Shown here piece after piece: positions 11,326 through 25,214 of a stretch of DNA of 64,000 nucleotides. Numbering within the stretch: position 1 is the first letter of the stretch; every line of letters begins with the position of its first letter. Location: NCBI RefSeq assembly GCF_018977255.1, contig NW_024704749.1:13888001-13952000 (forward strand). The letters run 5' to 3'. The notes under the pieces are model-generated. The model was not told the DNA's origin, did no database searches, and saw only the letters and a list, made by a program, of their open reading frames with translations. The DNA comes from Callorhinchus milii. Taxonomy: Eukaryota. The translations under genes and the position numbers were made by a program.

Positions 11326-14300
11326 ATGTATTCACCACAGCGGAGGGATTTCATATCCGTGACTTTGAGTAATCAGAACGGGAGGAACTATGATAACAGT
11401 AAGACCTGGAGGAGGCAGTCCTGTTGGCGGGTAAGAGAAAATATGCAGACACACTGCTTCATGGGTGTGTAAAGAGCTTGAATTGAAGATGGTAACTGTA
11501 GGTTAATGTTTGTGTCTATCACAAGCTTTTTCTACATAAAATCCTTACGCGTCATCGGAAGTACACACGTTTCGGGGGGTTTTGGAGCCCTTTGTATAGG
11601 AATAGCATCAATATGCGGGGGTGAAGATAAGAGCTTCTTCCATCTGTCCCCTTTCTAACCACAATAATAAAAGGAATGTATAATGGAGCACTCATTACTT
11701 AAGCTAAGTGGAACTCGGGTCATCAATCATAGAATCCTGGAATTATACAGCACAGAAGGAGGCCATTTGGCCCATCGTGTCTGTGCCGGCTCTTTGAAAA
11801 GAGTTTCCCAAATCAATCCCATTCCCCCGCTCTCTCCCCAAAGCCCTGCAAACTTGTCCTCCCCAGATAGTTACCTATTTCTCTTAAAAGTTCACAAGGG
11901 CAATTCTTTTATTTTCAAGTTTCTGATTAAAAAGGTTTTTATAAAAAGCAAAAATGACCTATACTTTTCATCCGTTGTTTCCCAACCTGACCACGCTGCC
12001 GTTGTGAAGCCTGTACTGCGCAAGAAATGGTATGAATGCAAATCAACACTTATTTCTGTTCAGTTGCAATGACACGTATCCTGCTGATGCTGCCCTCCCA
12101 CCAGCAGCTGGCTCAACAAGCCACGAGTGTAAATTGCAGTATGTTCGCCCACAACACATCCGGTCAATTCACTTTACAGTACATGCCGTGAAGCGCTTTG
12201 AGACGTGACGATGGTATGATAAGGGGCTACATTGGATGCAAGGCTCATTATTATTTCTAGATTATTTCAAGCATTTTGTCAAATAAGTATTAGCTCTTCA
12301 AGTAACCCACTCAATTCATTTTATTTTATTTTGGTCTATCTCCACCGAGTTCAAAATGTGTTTTATTTCGAGGAATTTTTGTGCCATTAAACTTTTTCCC
12401 TCTTTTCCTGAAAGCACTTATCTGTGCTGAAGAATGGAGGATGGATCCCTTCTCTTCCCCCCCCCCCCCCACCCCCCCTCTTTTTTCCAAGGGCACTGGA
12501 GACAGTAATAGAACTCTTAGGGTTAAATCTGGAACTTTTGGAGTCTGTACAAACAAAGTCTTCAAGAGAACGCACCCTCCTTTCCAAGCTATGCACAGTA
12601 ATCCCTTCCCAACCCTGTGGTTTAAGAACATAAGAACATAAGAATTAGGAGCAGGAGTCGGCCATTCGGCCCCTCGAGCCTGTGTCCTGCCATTCGATAC
12701 GATCATGGCTGATCTTCAGACCCAACTCTAATTACCCGCCCTATCCCCATATCCCCTATCCCTCTGTTTTTTAAAAATCTCTCAGTCTCAGCCTTGAAGA
12801 TGTTCAAAGGCTGACATCTACAGCCTTCTGGGGTAGTCACTACCCTCTGAGTGAAGAAATACAAACCCTAAACATATGATTATTGTGCAACAGTCAACTT
12901 GTAAGTATCCCTTCAAAAGTAAATTAATTTGGTCACTCAATCCACGGTTGTTTGTGGGGACGCTGCTGTGCGCAATTGGCTGCCGCGTTTCGCTCACAAA
13001 ATATACAGTCAATTCACTTTACAGTATATTCTGTGAAGCGCTTTGAGGCGTCCTGATGATGTGATAAGGTACTATATCAAATGCAAAGATTATTATTCTG
13101 TTAACAGGACAGGATTTTTGGGAGGTGGATGGGTACAAAACCACACTGTCATCCTAAATGTAGTTTGAATGTTTTTTTTCAGAAATGGAAGCAGCTATCA
13201 AGGTTACAGCGCAGCCTAATTGCATTCCTGTTTTTCTTCATGGTGTTTTGTGGCATTGCAGCATATCCTAATCTGTCAGAGCAACGGGAAGGTAGGAGAC
13301 AGCACCAGCTTTCACAACTGGAGTTTAACATTGTGCCGTTGCTAGTCAGTTTGCTCCATATTTCCACACATTTGAGTCTTAATGATTTATTTTTTATCTT
13401 TACAAATTATGACTTGCAGTGAGATGGCAAAGTTACCTATGTACACACTGTGTGAGTGGGTTTAGAGATCATATGCCTTAGTTATACTCAGATGGAAGTT
13501 CTCTTGCTCTAAGTTTGGATAGGTCTCTTAACTAATACCACCACTGGTGGGAATGTAACCTAATCCCTGACTGTTCAGCACCTTGGGATGTCATCCCAAC
13601 ATGAAACCGCCTTGGGACGTCCTCCCGACGTGAAAGGCGCTATACAAATGTAATCTTGTTGTTGAAAGGCGCTTTCCAAATGTAATTTTTTATTGTATTG
13701 TGTTGTATGTGGTCTCTGGATGAAATGGTTTGGTCCTGGATTGCTCTTTGAGAAATCTTCATATTTTATCAACTCAACACCATAGTTATTTGTTCTCCTG
13801 TCTACTGACTATTCCTTTTAATCCTTACGGGTTCATCAAGCCATTTAATTATCCCTTTCTTTGTTCTTTCTGATTCATCCATTTGAAATGGATGCTGTTC
13901 TGGTCAGTTTTTCACTCTCTGTCGATTCTCTTTCATTTCCCTCCACCCTCTTCCTCCTCCTCACTCTCTTTCCCTCTTCTGTTTGTGTCCGGCATATTAT
14001 GGTGATGCAGGGTATCATCCGTGATAGAATCTACTCATTACTTCTCTCGTTTGTGCCATTATTAACTCTTAATTCCCTTTTCTTCCGGGAAACATCTGTG
14101 ACTTTACCCTTCTGTGTTTGTCGCCTTGCCACACGGTGAATCGTAGCCATGTGCAGTTGTCCTGCTTTATGGGCTGTGGGTAAAAGCACCAAAGCATATA
14201 TAGGTCGCATACACCTACACATACCCACAATTCGCCCATATTCTGCCCCTGGTTCTCCCCACTCCCCCACCCCGATCCACTAAAAAAGAACATCTTTCAG

Positions 14301-17300
14301 TGTGGCTAATACCTTCAGGCACAAATCCTTCTTATGTTTTGGTGGCCCTGGGCTGCAGCATGGTATATTAGCGATAGAAAACGTTTATGATCTAGAAATA
14401 TTTGTTCTGTTGGTGGCTCATTTCACAAAAGGGGGCCTGAGTTTTTCTTGTTAGGTAACTGCATGAATTTTGACCTTTCCGTGTGCCAGCAGAACAGTTA
14501 TACAACGAACCACTTGTGATGTACGGCACTGACCTACCTTCCTTTGTACCCTCTTTTTCGTTGAGTCTGGCCTGAATGTGCTCTTAGCTGTGCTCACTTT
14601 GATCCTTCCTGGGTTCAATACAGTTACTATGGTTTTTAAACGTCTGGATGTTTCCTTCACTGAAATGCCAGTTTTGTTTGTAGGAGCTCAGACTGAAGGT
14701 CCAGCCAGGCTCCATTGCTCTTAAACATGTCCTCTTTAACAATCAGCAGAGTCCTGGGAGCATGTCCTCTGCCCCATCTCTCCCAACAAGACGTGAATGT
14801 GTTGTGCAGGTGACTCCTAAAGAGGTGGGGGCACAAATAACCCACAGTGATCCTATTGCACAGACCATTCTCATGTCGACACTACATTTTTGCACAGTTA
14901 ACACTTACAGTGCAAAATGAGTGCAATGTTTACCAAGCACGAGCATGATTTTTTTTCAAAAAAAAAGGTAATTTTATTTTATTTCTTCCCTATTTTCCTC
15001 TTCTGTAGTCTTCTCCCCGCACCATATACCATCCCCGGCTGAGAGGACGGGATGCAGACCTCCAGTGTGTGGTCCCAGGCCTCCGCCAAAAGCACAGTAG
15101 GAACATCTTCTGACCGTATAAACAGGGTACCGTAGCAACTCTTTTTTTTCCAACCACTTTGTGAATGCAGGACTTTGAGGACTGTGAAAGGAGGTCTGAT
15201 GCACCTGTGTCGATCTGCAAGAGAATTGCTGGCACCTAGTGCTGGATCGTGTCTGTGTGACATGGAGTTGAATATTGGCCGTGTGAATTTGGGCTCCAAA
15301 TTAAGATCGAACTGAACCGATCCAACAAGATGACTTCACGTTTCACAGGAAAACGCGTCACTCTTTTGCTATTTTTTATTAATCCGCCAATTTTTCTTCT
15401 CCGAGTTTCTCTCCTCTTCTGACCGACTGCATTTGTCTATTTTTGCTGCTGGGGATATGGTTCTCTCTTCCCTCCCACGCTCCCCCAACATTAAACCTCA
15501 TAGTTACAAAACCAATCGATGGAGGCCTGGTTATGGTGCGCTAATGTGTTGAGCCACCTGGAGAGGGATCGAGGAGGACTGTAGAAAGAGAAGGGTATAA
15601 TTCATACATATATTTGGAAAGAATACGTTTATTTTGAAACCCTTTCCGTCCTGGACTTTTACCTCTTGAGCAAATACGTAAAATGATGGCCTGATCGATG
15701 AGTGACATCTGATGTTTATCTCTGCACTGTATCTGTGATATTGTATATGCGCCACGCGACCTCCCAGTACGTTCAATTCTGCGGGCTTGTGTGGGAAACA
15801 GAAGGCATCCGATTGGCTGTTGACACGGTGCTGATCTTAAATTTGTTTTTCTCCAAAAAATAAATGCGAGGAGATGTGACACAACGTGCATTTTTCCTGG
15901 GCACCGTTCGTTATGCCACTTGCTTCAAAACAAAAGGGTTGCAATTTTAACTTTGCCTCTAAAGCTGGGTCCTTTGTGTTCAGCTGTTGCAGACAGAACA
16001 GAAAATGAAAGATCTATTGATAGTCGCTTGAAGCAAGCTGATCCAGCGGTGGGACCAGCAATAGATGTGCCAATCCCTAAGGAACAGCCAGCTCTGACAC
16101 CTCCACAGGTAACGAGAGAACAAACTGACACTTTCCTATGTAAAAGGCTCTATATGAATGCAAGCTCTTAGTAAATATTCTATTAATGATTTTTCGGCTA
16201 TTCTTGACTGTCAGGTTGTTTGTGTTGAAAACGCGACTGTAATTCATCAAAGACTTAAAGTTACCCGATCTGTTCCAAGAACTTTAGTATCACAAAAGGA
16301 TTCCATGTGCTTTTGTTTTGCAGACAAGTATATTAATAATAATAATCCTTGCGTTTGATATAGTGCCTTATCATGTCTTCAAGACATCTCAAAGCGCTTC
16401 ACATAATATATAGTAAATTGACTATATATTTTGTGGGCGAAAAGGATAGTGTCGTAGCTGAGTGTATTGAGATTTCACCAAGTCCCACCATAATGCAGTA
16501 TTGGTGAAATACTTTATCAGTAATTTTAGTCCACTGTGTAACCAATTCTTGTGTGATTTATTTTCTCCTCCTTTCACCCCCCCACCCCACAGAAACCCAG
16601 AAGACCAAATCCCAACAAACGAGGGCCGCCGTTCTTACAGAACAGATTGCCAAAGAAGGAAAACGTGGTTGATCGCAAGCTCGATAAGGTAGAAACTCAA
16701 GCTGAACAGGCACCCAACGACAAGGATGAGAAGAAAGACAGGTCTGTGATCAGGTACTTGAAGGCTTTCTGTGCAGTAATCTGAATGATGAAGGGGTGGA
16801 GGGTAGGGAGGGTGAGGGTGGGAGAGGAGACCGAATGTTAATTGTGAATAAAACCCTTTTATGTTGGATCGGCAGATGGCACCTTTCTCAAAACAAGTTA
16901 TGATTAAAATCTGTGCACTTTGAAAGATGTAAAGCAGGATCCTCAGCTACAGTTAGAACATTTTGCTTCCATGGGTAGACCACAGCACTTTGAATTTTTG
17001 TTCAAGCAGCGATCTGTAAATTTGAATGCTGTGCTTGCAGTTGGCGTGGAATGGTGATCGAACCTGAACAGGCCACGGAGGCAATAGCCGGCAGAGTAAA
17101 AGAACAGGCAAATGTACTGCCCGATGAGAAAGAAAACCTGAAAGAACCAGGTAGGTTTGATCACTTGAGCTGGGCTAATAATAATAGTGTTATAAATAAT
17201 ACAATATTTTGTAAGGTGCGTGACAATACAAGCAAAAATAAATGATGTACTGTGCTATGGCACAGAGGATAGGGAAGTTAGCCTGAAGATTAAGACTATA

Positions 17301-20300
17301 GATAAGGGTTTTTCAACTAGCCTCGGGTTCTCAGGACAGTACACCCACATTTTACCAATACTAACAGGCTGTGAAGAGCATCATAGCTAAGCCTGATTCT
17401 GATGTCTGTGAACATTGCAGACACAGGACAGTGATCAGAAAGAAAGATACTTAGCCGATTTCCACCACACAACCCAATCGTAATAGAATCAGTGCATTCC
17501 TGACTGAGATCAGCAAATCATTACTGTGTAGGGAACAAACCCATCCATCTTCCCAGTGAACCCATTGGGGGGAAGTTCCCAATTTTCTATTGGAATTCAT
17601 CTTTATGAATTAATGTAGAAATCTAGTAAATCCACTTTACAGTATATTCTGTGAAGCGCTTTGAGATGTCTCAACGACGCGATAAGGCGCTATATCAAAT
17701 ATTTCCAAGTCAGTAACCGATTAATTTGCTTCTGTTCTGTTCATTTCAGGGGCCCTAACTGAGCGACAGAAGGCCGTGATAGAAACATTTCAACATGCTT
17801 GGAAGGGGTACAAAGAATTTGCCTGGGGTCACGATGAACTGAAACCCATTTCTAAGACCTACAGTGAATGGTTTGGTTTAGGACTGACCCTGATCGATGC
17901 CTTGGACACGTTGTGGATTTTGGGACTGAAAGAAGGTGACTTGTCCATATTGCACGACTAAATGGTGCAATTTCCCTGATAGACAAGATATAATTGCTGG
18001 TGCTCATTAGCCCACACACTAGGTTTGCGAAACTTGTATTATTTTCTATTTGTGAAGCACAGGTATTCTGTGCTACATTTGGGATTTATTTTTACTTTTT
18101 ACATTTAAAGATTGCAAATGAAGTGTTACTTGGGAGGCTTCCTAGTAGCATCTGGCGTCTAAATTGATAAATCTATCCCAGTTGGATCAACATTAAAAAA
18201 TAAATGTTTTTTAAATTAATTTGCAGTGTTTAAAGTGCACAAAAGGGCTGCAGTGGGATGTTGTTAATTTTGTGGTTTTAAGGGAATAGTGTAGACTAGT
18301 GTTTTTATGGACAAGCACTGAATTGTAAACTTACCACAAATTACCAGGAGAGACGAAGATAGGTAAAACGTGTTGAGTAAGACCTGTAGTTTTACAAATG
18401 TTGCTCACAATGTTATCTTGCACTTTCAAAGAGATTTCGATGGCTTGTGGTCATCGCTGATTAGCGCACAATTTAAACTGGAATAGCAGAGTAATAGATT
18501 AAAGGAACCCAGTGGACTGTCAAATGTATTACTGGACGGTTTGCAGTTGGGGGCAGATGTCAACGGAGGCAGCCACAAAAATTTAGTGCATTAAACTGTC
18601 TATTCAAACCCAAGCCATTCGGTGTTGCAGATGGGCAGATAGTTGTCTTTGATATCAAATCAAATCATGAAATTGATAACTTGCATATTTCCATTTTTTA
18701 TGCTCCTTTCATAAAGGCAGCTGCACACAAAACGGGTTCACTAATTTTTATTCTTTTTATATCTTTTTTTTTAGAATTTGAGGAAGCTAAGAAATGGGTG
18801 ATCAATGAACTGAACCTCAGTAAAAACGTGGATGTGAATTTGTTTGAGACCACGATTCGTGTTCTTGGTGGATTGCTCAGCACGTACAATCTAACAGGAG
18901 ATCAAGTCTTTCTGGACAAAGCAGTAAGGACTGTGCTTGTATAGCTGTATCTTATTGCTGCGTGTAACGGGTTATAATCAGCTATTAAAGAAACAGATGG
19001 CGCTCAGTCTGTTCATTAACGTTTCAAAGCTGCAGAAGATTTGTTATAATCTTATTTTGCTGCAAAAAATGAACACTTAATTGCAAAGATCACAAGGGCC
19101 AAGTCTTGACATTAAACTGTCCTCGGATTCCGATTGAAACAAATCCACAGTTGAATTTTGTGTTAACCTAGTTACTCACTTAACGTCTGGGATCATTATT
19201 ATTTTCCCAGTATGATTGCCTTAAGTTTGGTTTAAAAGAAAAACAACCTTGAGTAGTTTAATAATCTATCTACAAAATTTAAGTGCAAATGTATGACCCT
19301 GAGAGGATTGGCGTTTTGTGGAGGAGAGATTGATTTGGTGATTTTTTTTACTTTAAGAAGCCCTTGAAGGTCACAGCTCAGAACATATGACTGCAAATAC
19401 TTTTTTGCCGAGCATTTACCATCTGTTACAGCCTTGGATGATGATGATGATTGTGTTTCTCTGCCACAATAGCATGAACTTGGGAATCGGCTGATGCCCG
19501 CCTTCAAAACTCCATCCAAAATTCCCTTCTCGGATGTGAACATTGGCCGCGGCACCGCCCACCCCCCTCGGTGGACATCTGACAGCACCGTGGCAGAAGT
19601 GACGAGCATCCAGCTAGAGTTTCGGGAACTCAGCCGCGTCACTAACGATGATAAATACAAGGTTTGTTGAAACCACCAAGTTGGCAACGCAGGCGTGAAT
19701 TTCAAGGTCCCATCTACAGTGCAGGTGGATGTGAATGGATTTTTCCCGTGTTCTTTCTCTCCCTCCCTTTCGTCTTAATTGTTAAACGGAGGCTCCATCT
19801 TCCATGGTCTCGTGGCGTTATTCAAAAAAGGCCAGGGGGATTCTGCCAGTGTTCTTGTCAGTCCCCCCCGATAAATTGGTCATTCACTGCATGGTACTCT
19901 GTGGGACTTTGCTAGGCATCATATCTGCCAACAAATATAGTTGATGGTGAGTATCTGTGAAACACATTGAGACATTTGGACATTGAAGGTGCTGTTTCAA
20001 ATGCAAGCATTATAATTTCTGCATGTGAGATTGTTGTTGTAGAGCTGAATATGCAAAGAGAATCTAGGATAGAATAAAGAGGATTTATTGTTCCTCTGCC
20101 CATTGGCTTGGGCTACATCCGTTATGTCACAATAATGATGTACCTTTTGCGTCAAGAGAACATCTCAAAGCGCTTCACATAGCTCACTGGAATTCTTTCA
20201 CAAATGAACTTCATCGGTCTTTATTACAGGAAGTCGTCGGTGAAGTAATGAAACTGGTTCATGGACTCGGAGGTAAACAGGATGGATTAGTGCCAATGTT

Positions 20301-22513
20301 CATAAACACTAACTCTGGGCAGTTTAGTCACCTTGGTGTTTATACGCTCGGTGCCAGAGCTGACAGCTACTATGAGTATCTGCTAAAACAGTGGATCCAA
20401 GGAGGAAAGAAAGAAACTGAGTAAGTAATTTTGAAATCTTAAGTTAGTAGTGAAAATTACTTTGTATTGTCAGTTAAGTGGATGATTCTGAGGTGGAAGA
20501 CTTTAACACTATCTCGTGATTTCTAACATAAATGTTCATTATTCTGATTATCTGGCAGATTATTAGAGGACTACCTGCTAGCCGTAGAAGGCATCAAGAA
20601 GAACTTGATACGAAAGTCCGAACCTAACAAACTGGTCTTCGTGGGTGAACTTTCCCATAACCAATTCAGCCCCAAAATGGTAAGTGCTGCTTTTCTGAGT
20701 TGCTAATATGTGGTGGATGAGTAAAATGTTCGATCAGATTGTGTGGGAGGGAGCGTGAGAGGAAGCCACAGTATACTTAATGCCACTTTGCCAGATTAAC
20801 TAATGAGCATGTAATGAATGCAACACACTTGTGCTAACTCACCAAGTCTGTGTTTTAGACCTGAGATCTTCAAGTCTGTGGCCTCGGAGTGCCTTTACCC
20901 ACTAGGTCATTATGATAGCTCTTGAACTTGTTCTAATGGTAAAGTAGCAGCTGAGATGTAATGGTTAACCATGTAATGGGTTGTTTGTAGTGGTAAATGC
21001 AGTTGGGTTTTGGGACAAATCTTGCTACTAACATCGAGATTTGTGAGAAGCAGCCATGTTTTCTTTGTGTTAAAGGATCACTTGGTATGTTTCCTGCCTG
21101 GTGCCCTGGCTTTAGGAGCTCATCATGGGCTTAGTGCTGATCACATGGACCTGGCTAAAGACCTAATGGAAACCTGCTACCAAATGTACGCACAGATAGA
21201 AACTGGACTGAGCCCAGAAATTGTCCACTTCAATCTGAGTCCACACAATGGCAAGGATGTGGAAGTTAAGGTGGGTTTAGGTTCATCAGATCGCTGAATG
21301 GATGGAGAATGATTTTGTACGGTGATGGACAATTAGAAATTATAGCCAATAATTATTGGATTCAGTAACTTTGAAGTTAAGGTGGATGGCAGTATTTACA
21401 AATGCAACTTTCTAATAGATTATTATCACCCCAAACCCTTTTGAACTTGTGTAAATCTGTGCATTTGAACATCGTAGTGTGATTTCAATGGGGAAAATAA
21501 TGAACATGATTCTGCATGGTATTATCCTTATCTTTTGTTGTAGCCTGCTGACAGACACAACCTGTTGAGACCTGAAACGATTGAAAGCCTCTTCTACCTG
21601 TACAGATTTACACAGGATAAAAAGTATCAGGATTGGGGCTGGGAGATCCTCCAAAACTTCAACAAATATACCCGAGTAAGTAATGGGAATTAATGAAAGA
21701 ATACGATGATTTCAGATCACAGCTGCATTATAATGATGCTAATTTGACTATTTCCATTGCATAAGAACATAAGAATTAGGAGCAGGAGTAGGCCGTTCGG
21801 CCCCTCAAGCCTGTGCCGGGCCATTCGTTAAGATCATAGCTGATCTTCTGACCTAATTACCTGCCCTATCCCCTAATCCCTCTGTTTTTTAAAAAATCTA
21901 TCAGTCTCAGCCTTGAAGATGTTCAAGGACTGAGCATATACAGCCTTTTGCGCTCATTTATACAAAATATAGTCAATTCACTTCACAGTGTATTCTGTGA
22001 AGCGCTTTGAGAGGTCACGAAGACCTGATAAGGCGCTATATCAAATGCAAGGATTATTATTATTATACCTAAGTTAAAAATTCCATTGAACGTTACATGT
22101 GCCAAGACCCTTACAGTGGGAAATCCCAATTAGTAGATGACATACCCAAGACAATAATAAGACAATTCTACCCATAACAATAATATGGGATTTTTAATTG
22201 TCTGCATTTGAAAATATTTTGAGCGACAATTTGATGCTTAACCATATAATTAACAATGAGCCCTTTGTACAATTCCCTTCACCTGTATTCCTTATGGTTT
22301 TGTTTTACACAGGTTGCCACTGGAGGCTACACTTCTATTAATAATGTCCGCAATCCTGAAAACCCAGAGCCCAGGGATAAAATGGAGAGCTTCTTTCTTG
22401 GAGAGACACTGAAATACTTTTTCCTTCTGTTTTCGGATGACTTCAATTTTATTAATCTGGACAAATTCATTTTTAATACAGAAGCACATATTATTCCAAT
22501 ATGGACAACCTGA
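11326..22513 (+). CDS. MAN1B1: ER mannosyl-oligosaccharide 1,2-alpha-mannosidase (GH47), ~657 aa
   Basis: Exons 11326-11430 ([29 protein letters not shown]), 13183-13291 ([11 protein letters not shown] + TM helix), 15984-16108, 16593-16753, 17041-17150 ([11 protein letters not shown]), 17750-17935 ([15 protein letters not shown]), 18775-18923 ([16 protein letters not shown]), 19473-19661, 20230-20420 ([13 protein letters not shown]), 20559-20679, 21076-21270 (DHLVCFLPG), 21544-21675 (LLRPETIES), 22313-22513 ([19 protein letters not shown]). All GT-AG with consistent phases. Confidence 0.98.
12625..12860 (-). mobile_element. CR1-like LINE 3' end fragment
   Basis: Terminal 8-nt repeat (aagaacat)n then ttaggagcaggagtcggccattcggcccctcgagcctg; near-identical copy at 21760-21950. 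Confidence 0.65.
21760..21950 (-). mobile_element. CR1-like LINE 3' end fragment
   Basis: Paralogous to 12625-12860 (cataagaacataagaattaggagcaggagtaggcc..ctcagccttgaagatgttcaagg). Confidence 0.65.
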
Positions 22514-24978
22514 CCAGATAGATCTTTGAGTTGACCTCTCAACAGGTCAGTTATGGGATGAACCTGTTGGGTGTTTAACATGGAGTTACCCACTGTGTGG
22601 AGGTATTGCTCTACTTCATCGCCCACTGTGAAAGTTGATTGTTACATGGAGGCGTAGCAATTGGAACGGTAAGAAACTATGAACTAGGGAACAAACTTTT
22701 GGTAAACTGTTGCTGCAAGTGATTTTTTTTCCTTTATTGACAAAACAAGCTTAATTCCATTGTCTTCATCTATTTATTTCTCTTCGCCAACTTCAACCCT
22801 GTAGATGAGTATTGCATAATAAGACTCCTTGTTGGGAACATACAAATGTCAGGGAACAAATTGAATTTCATACCATCCATATAAGATTTGGAGCAACTAA
22901 ATTGCATTGATGTATAGTCTGAGTCTTAGCTGCATTTCTTGGTCAATGGGGTGTTTTATTTTGACTATTTGTTTTCAATTTCATAATAATTTCATAAATT
23001 ATTTAGAGAAATGAAAAGACTGAATCAACAAGGACGGCATTTGGACAACGAGGTCAGTCACCAGGCCACTCTTTCACTGCAGTAGAGACTGTAAATGAAA
23101 ACTTATTGCCATGGAACCGTTAAGAGTCCATAAGACTGATACAAGTTATTGTAATAAGTCGATAAATTGATTGACCATGTTCATGGTCAGGTGTGAATTG
23201 TCTTTTTTATTATTATTATTGAACAAAGCCCCAACTGCCTACTTATACAGGCTGCTGGCTTGCTATGAAGGATCCACTAGTAATCCATTAGGCTAGCTTT
23301 GTTTTATTGCTGTAGCTGCTGCTAAGACTTCAGCGTACCTGGATATTTCACCTTGAAAGCATAGCATGAACTAGTTATGATTCAGTTCCGAGCATAGAAA
23401 CAACCAGAAATAGTGCTGTGGGATTTGCAAGGCCTATATTTCTATCTACTGCTTTCATGCAATTGTTACAGCTGTAATTGAAGATATATACACACTCGTG
23501 ATATGAATCTAGTAATGAAACAGTAATCAAATGTGTTTGCATTGCTAATAACTGTATAGGTTGTCTAAGAAATAATTTGTGTTTAGTAGAAAACATTTCT
23601 TCCACGGTTTGTGTTTTGTCTTACGTAACAAAGGAAATGGTTGGCTATTCAAGCAACTTTATTAGTTGAGTGATAATGTGCATCACCTCTTAATTTAAGC
23701 ACATGTAAAATGCAAGCTGGGACTGTGGTGTGGGAATCATGTGGTGAAATGCAATATGACAACTTTGTAAATATATTCAGGAATATGGTTAGAAAACTTT
23801 CAGGAAATGAGCCATATTGTATAGTATTTACCTATCTCATCAAGACTCTTTACAAGTCATAGAAAATCTAGATTTTTATGGCCTTTGAAACTAATGCCAT
23901 CTTGCAAATTGGGAGTGCACTTGTATTGTTTGAGCCTCTGCATCGGAATTAGTAACATTTGTCACTGGTTATACATAGTCCAAATTGGTAAAAATACATT
24001 GTAATTTTATGGATCTAATTCTCATACCTTTTCTGATATTTTTAATGACTTGCAATATCTAAAGCAGGTTATTAAAGATTCATTGAATTCAGCTCTGCCG
24101 CATTTCTGATTTAATTGTGCGGTCGCCAAAAAAAGCCTTGAACCGGATTGCACAGCAAAGCTAAGTGTGAAATTATCCTTACTTGAGGTATTACTATATT
24201 AGTTGTCATAAATATTATGATCTTCAGTGAGAATTACTATTGCACAAAAGGGAATTGGAGCCTATGAAGAGAACCAGTTTGTCTTTTTTTTCCATATCTG
24301 ATTTTTCAAAATCAGACTAATAGACAAGAATAAAATGGGGGGAAAAAGGTTCGAAAGAGGGGTGAAAAAAGATGGAGGAGCAGTTACTGTGGTCCTAATT
24401 ATTGCTGTTATTGTTTTTGTTAACAGTTTGCCCCCCTTTACAAATGCCACATTAAATCCTAAGATTTTATTTTAAAGTATGTGGTAAATAAGGTTCAAGG
24501 AGATAGATGTGAACATATCTGAAACTCCAGATAGTTTTAAACTATAATTTGTCATTGAAATTTTCTTTTGTAAATAATTACAGGCTATTTTTCAAAATTA
24601 AAATTTGACGCCTCTGATTGGTGTCTGAGAGTGTATTTATATATAAGTTATACTGAAATATTCCAAAAGCAATTGCACATGTGAAGCTTTTTGTGTAAGT
24701 CCTTTGTGTCAGTCAGTGATTTCTGTTTACGTCCATCATAAATTGTCATTCCTGAAAAGATGGCTGAGTATCAATGCAATATTAGTCCTGAGGATGCATT
24801 TCTAAGTAAATACTCATTTTAATTTATGACTGTTAGGTTTAAAACATTTATCCAGTTTCAATGGGTTTGGGAATATTAAACTAGTTCCCATGGCTTTTTG
24901 CTTGCTGGTAACTATTCAGTTGAAAAGTGGATGATGTTGATGTAAATATCTTTTTGGGTTCTAGGAAAAATGATTGTA

Positions 24979-24984
24979 AATAAA
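24979..24984 (+). terminator. Candidate polyadenylation signal of MAN1B1
   Basis: AATAAA about 2.5 kb after the stop codon, immediately before the DPP7 3' end; earlier AATAAA hexamers also exist. Confidence 0.4.
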
Positions 24985-25021
24985 AGTATTATAACAGCCA
25001 TTCTGTCTTCCATCAAACAAT

Positions 25022-25027
25022 TTTATT
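25022..25027 (-). terminator. Candidate polyadenylation signal of DPP7
   Basis: TTTATT on + (AATAAA on -), ~190 nt after the DPP7 stop codon. Confidence 0.55.
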
Positions 25028-25214
25028 TCACATCATACTCCTGAATAGTTTGTCTTAAAATAACATTGCATTAATTTTACCTGGTTTTACCCTGAGATGA
25101 GTACGTTAACAAAAAATAAAACCTCCATCATTACATTCAATTTCAAATCTCAAAAGGCTTTAATTACTCAGAATTAGTTCTAACAGGAACCTATAAATAC
25201 ATTTATAGGTTGGG

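Noticed and set aside
15984-15992. Two in-frame acceptors 9 nt apart at MAN1B1 coding exon 3
   Set aside because: It would change only three residues in the variable stem and cannot be resolved without reads.
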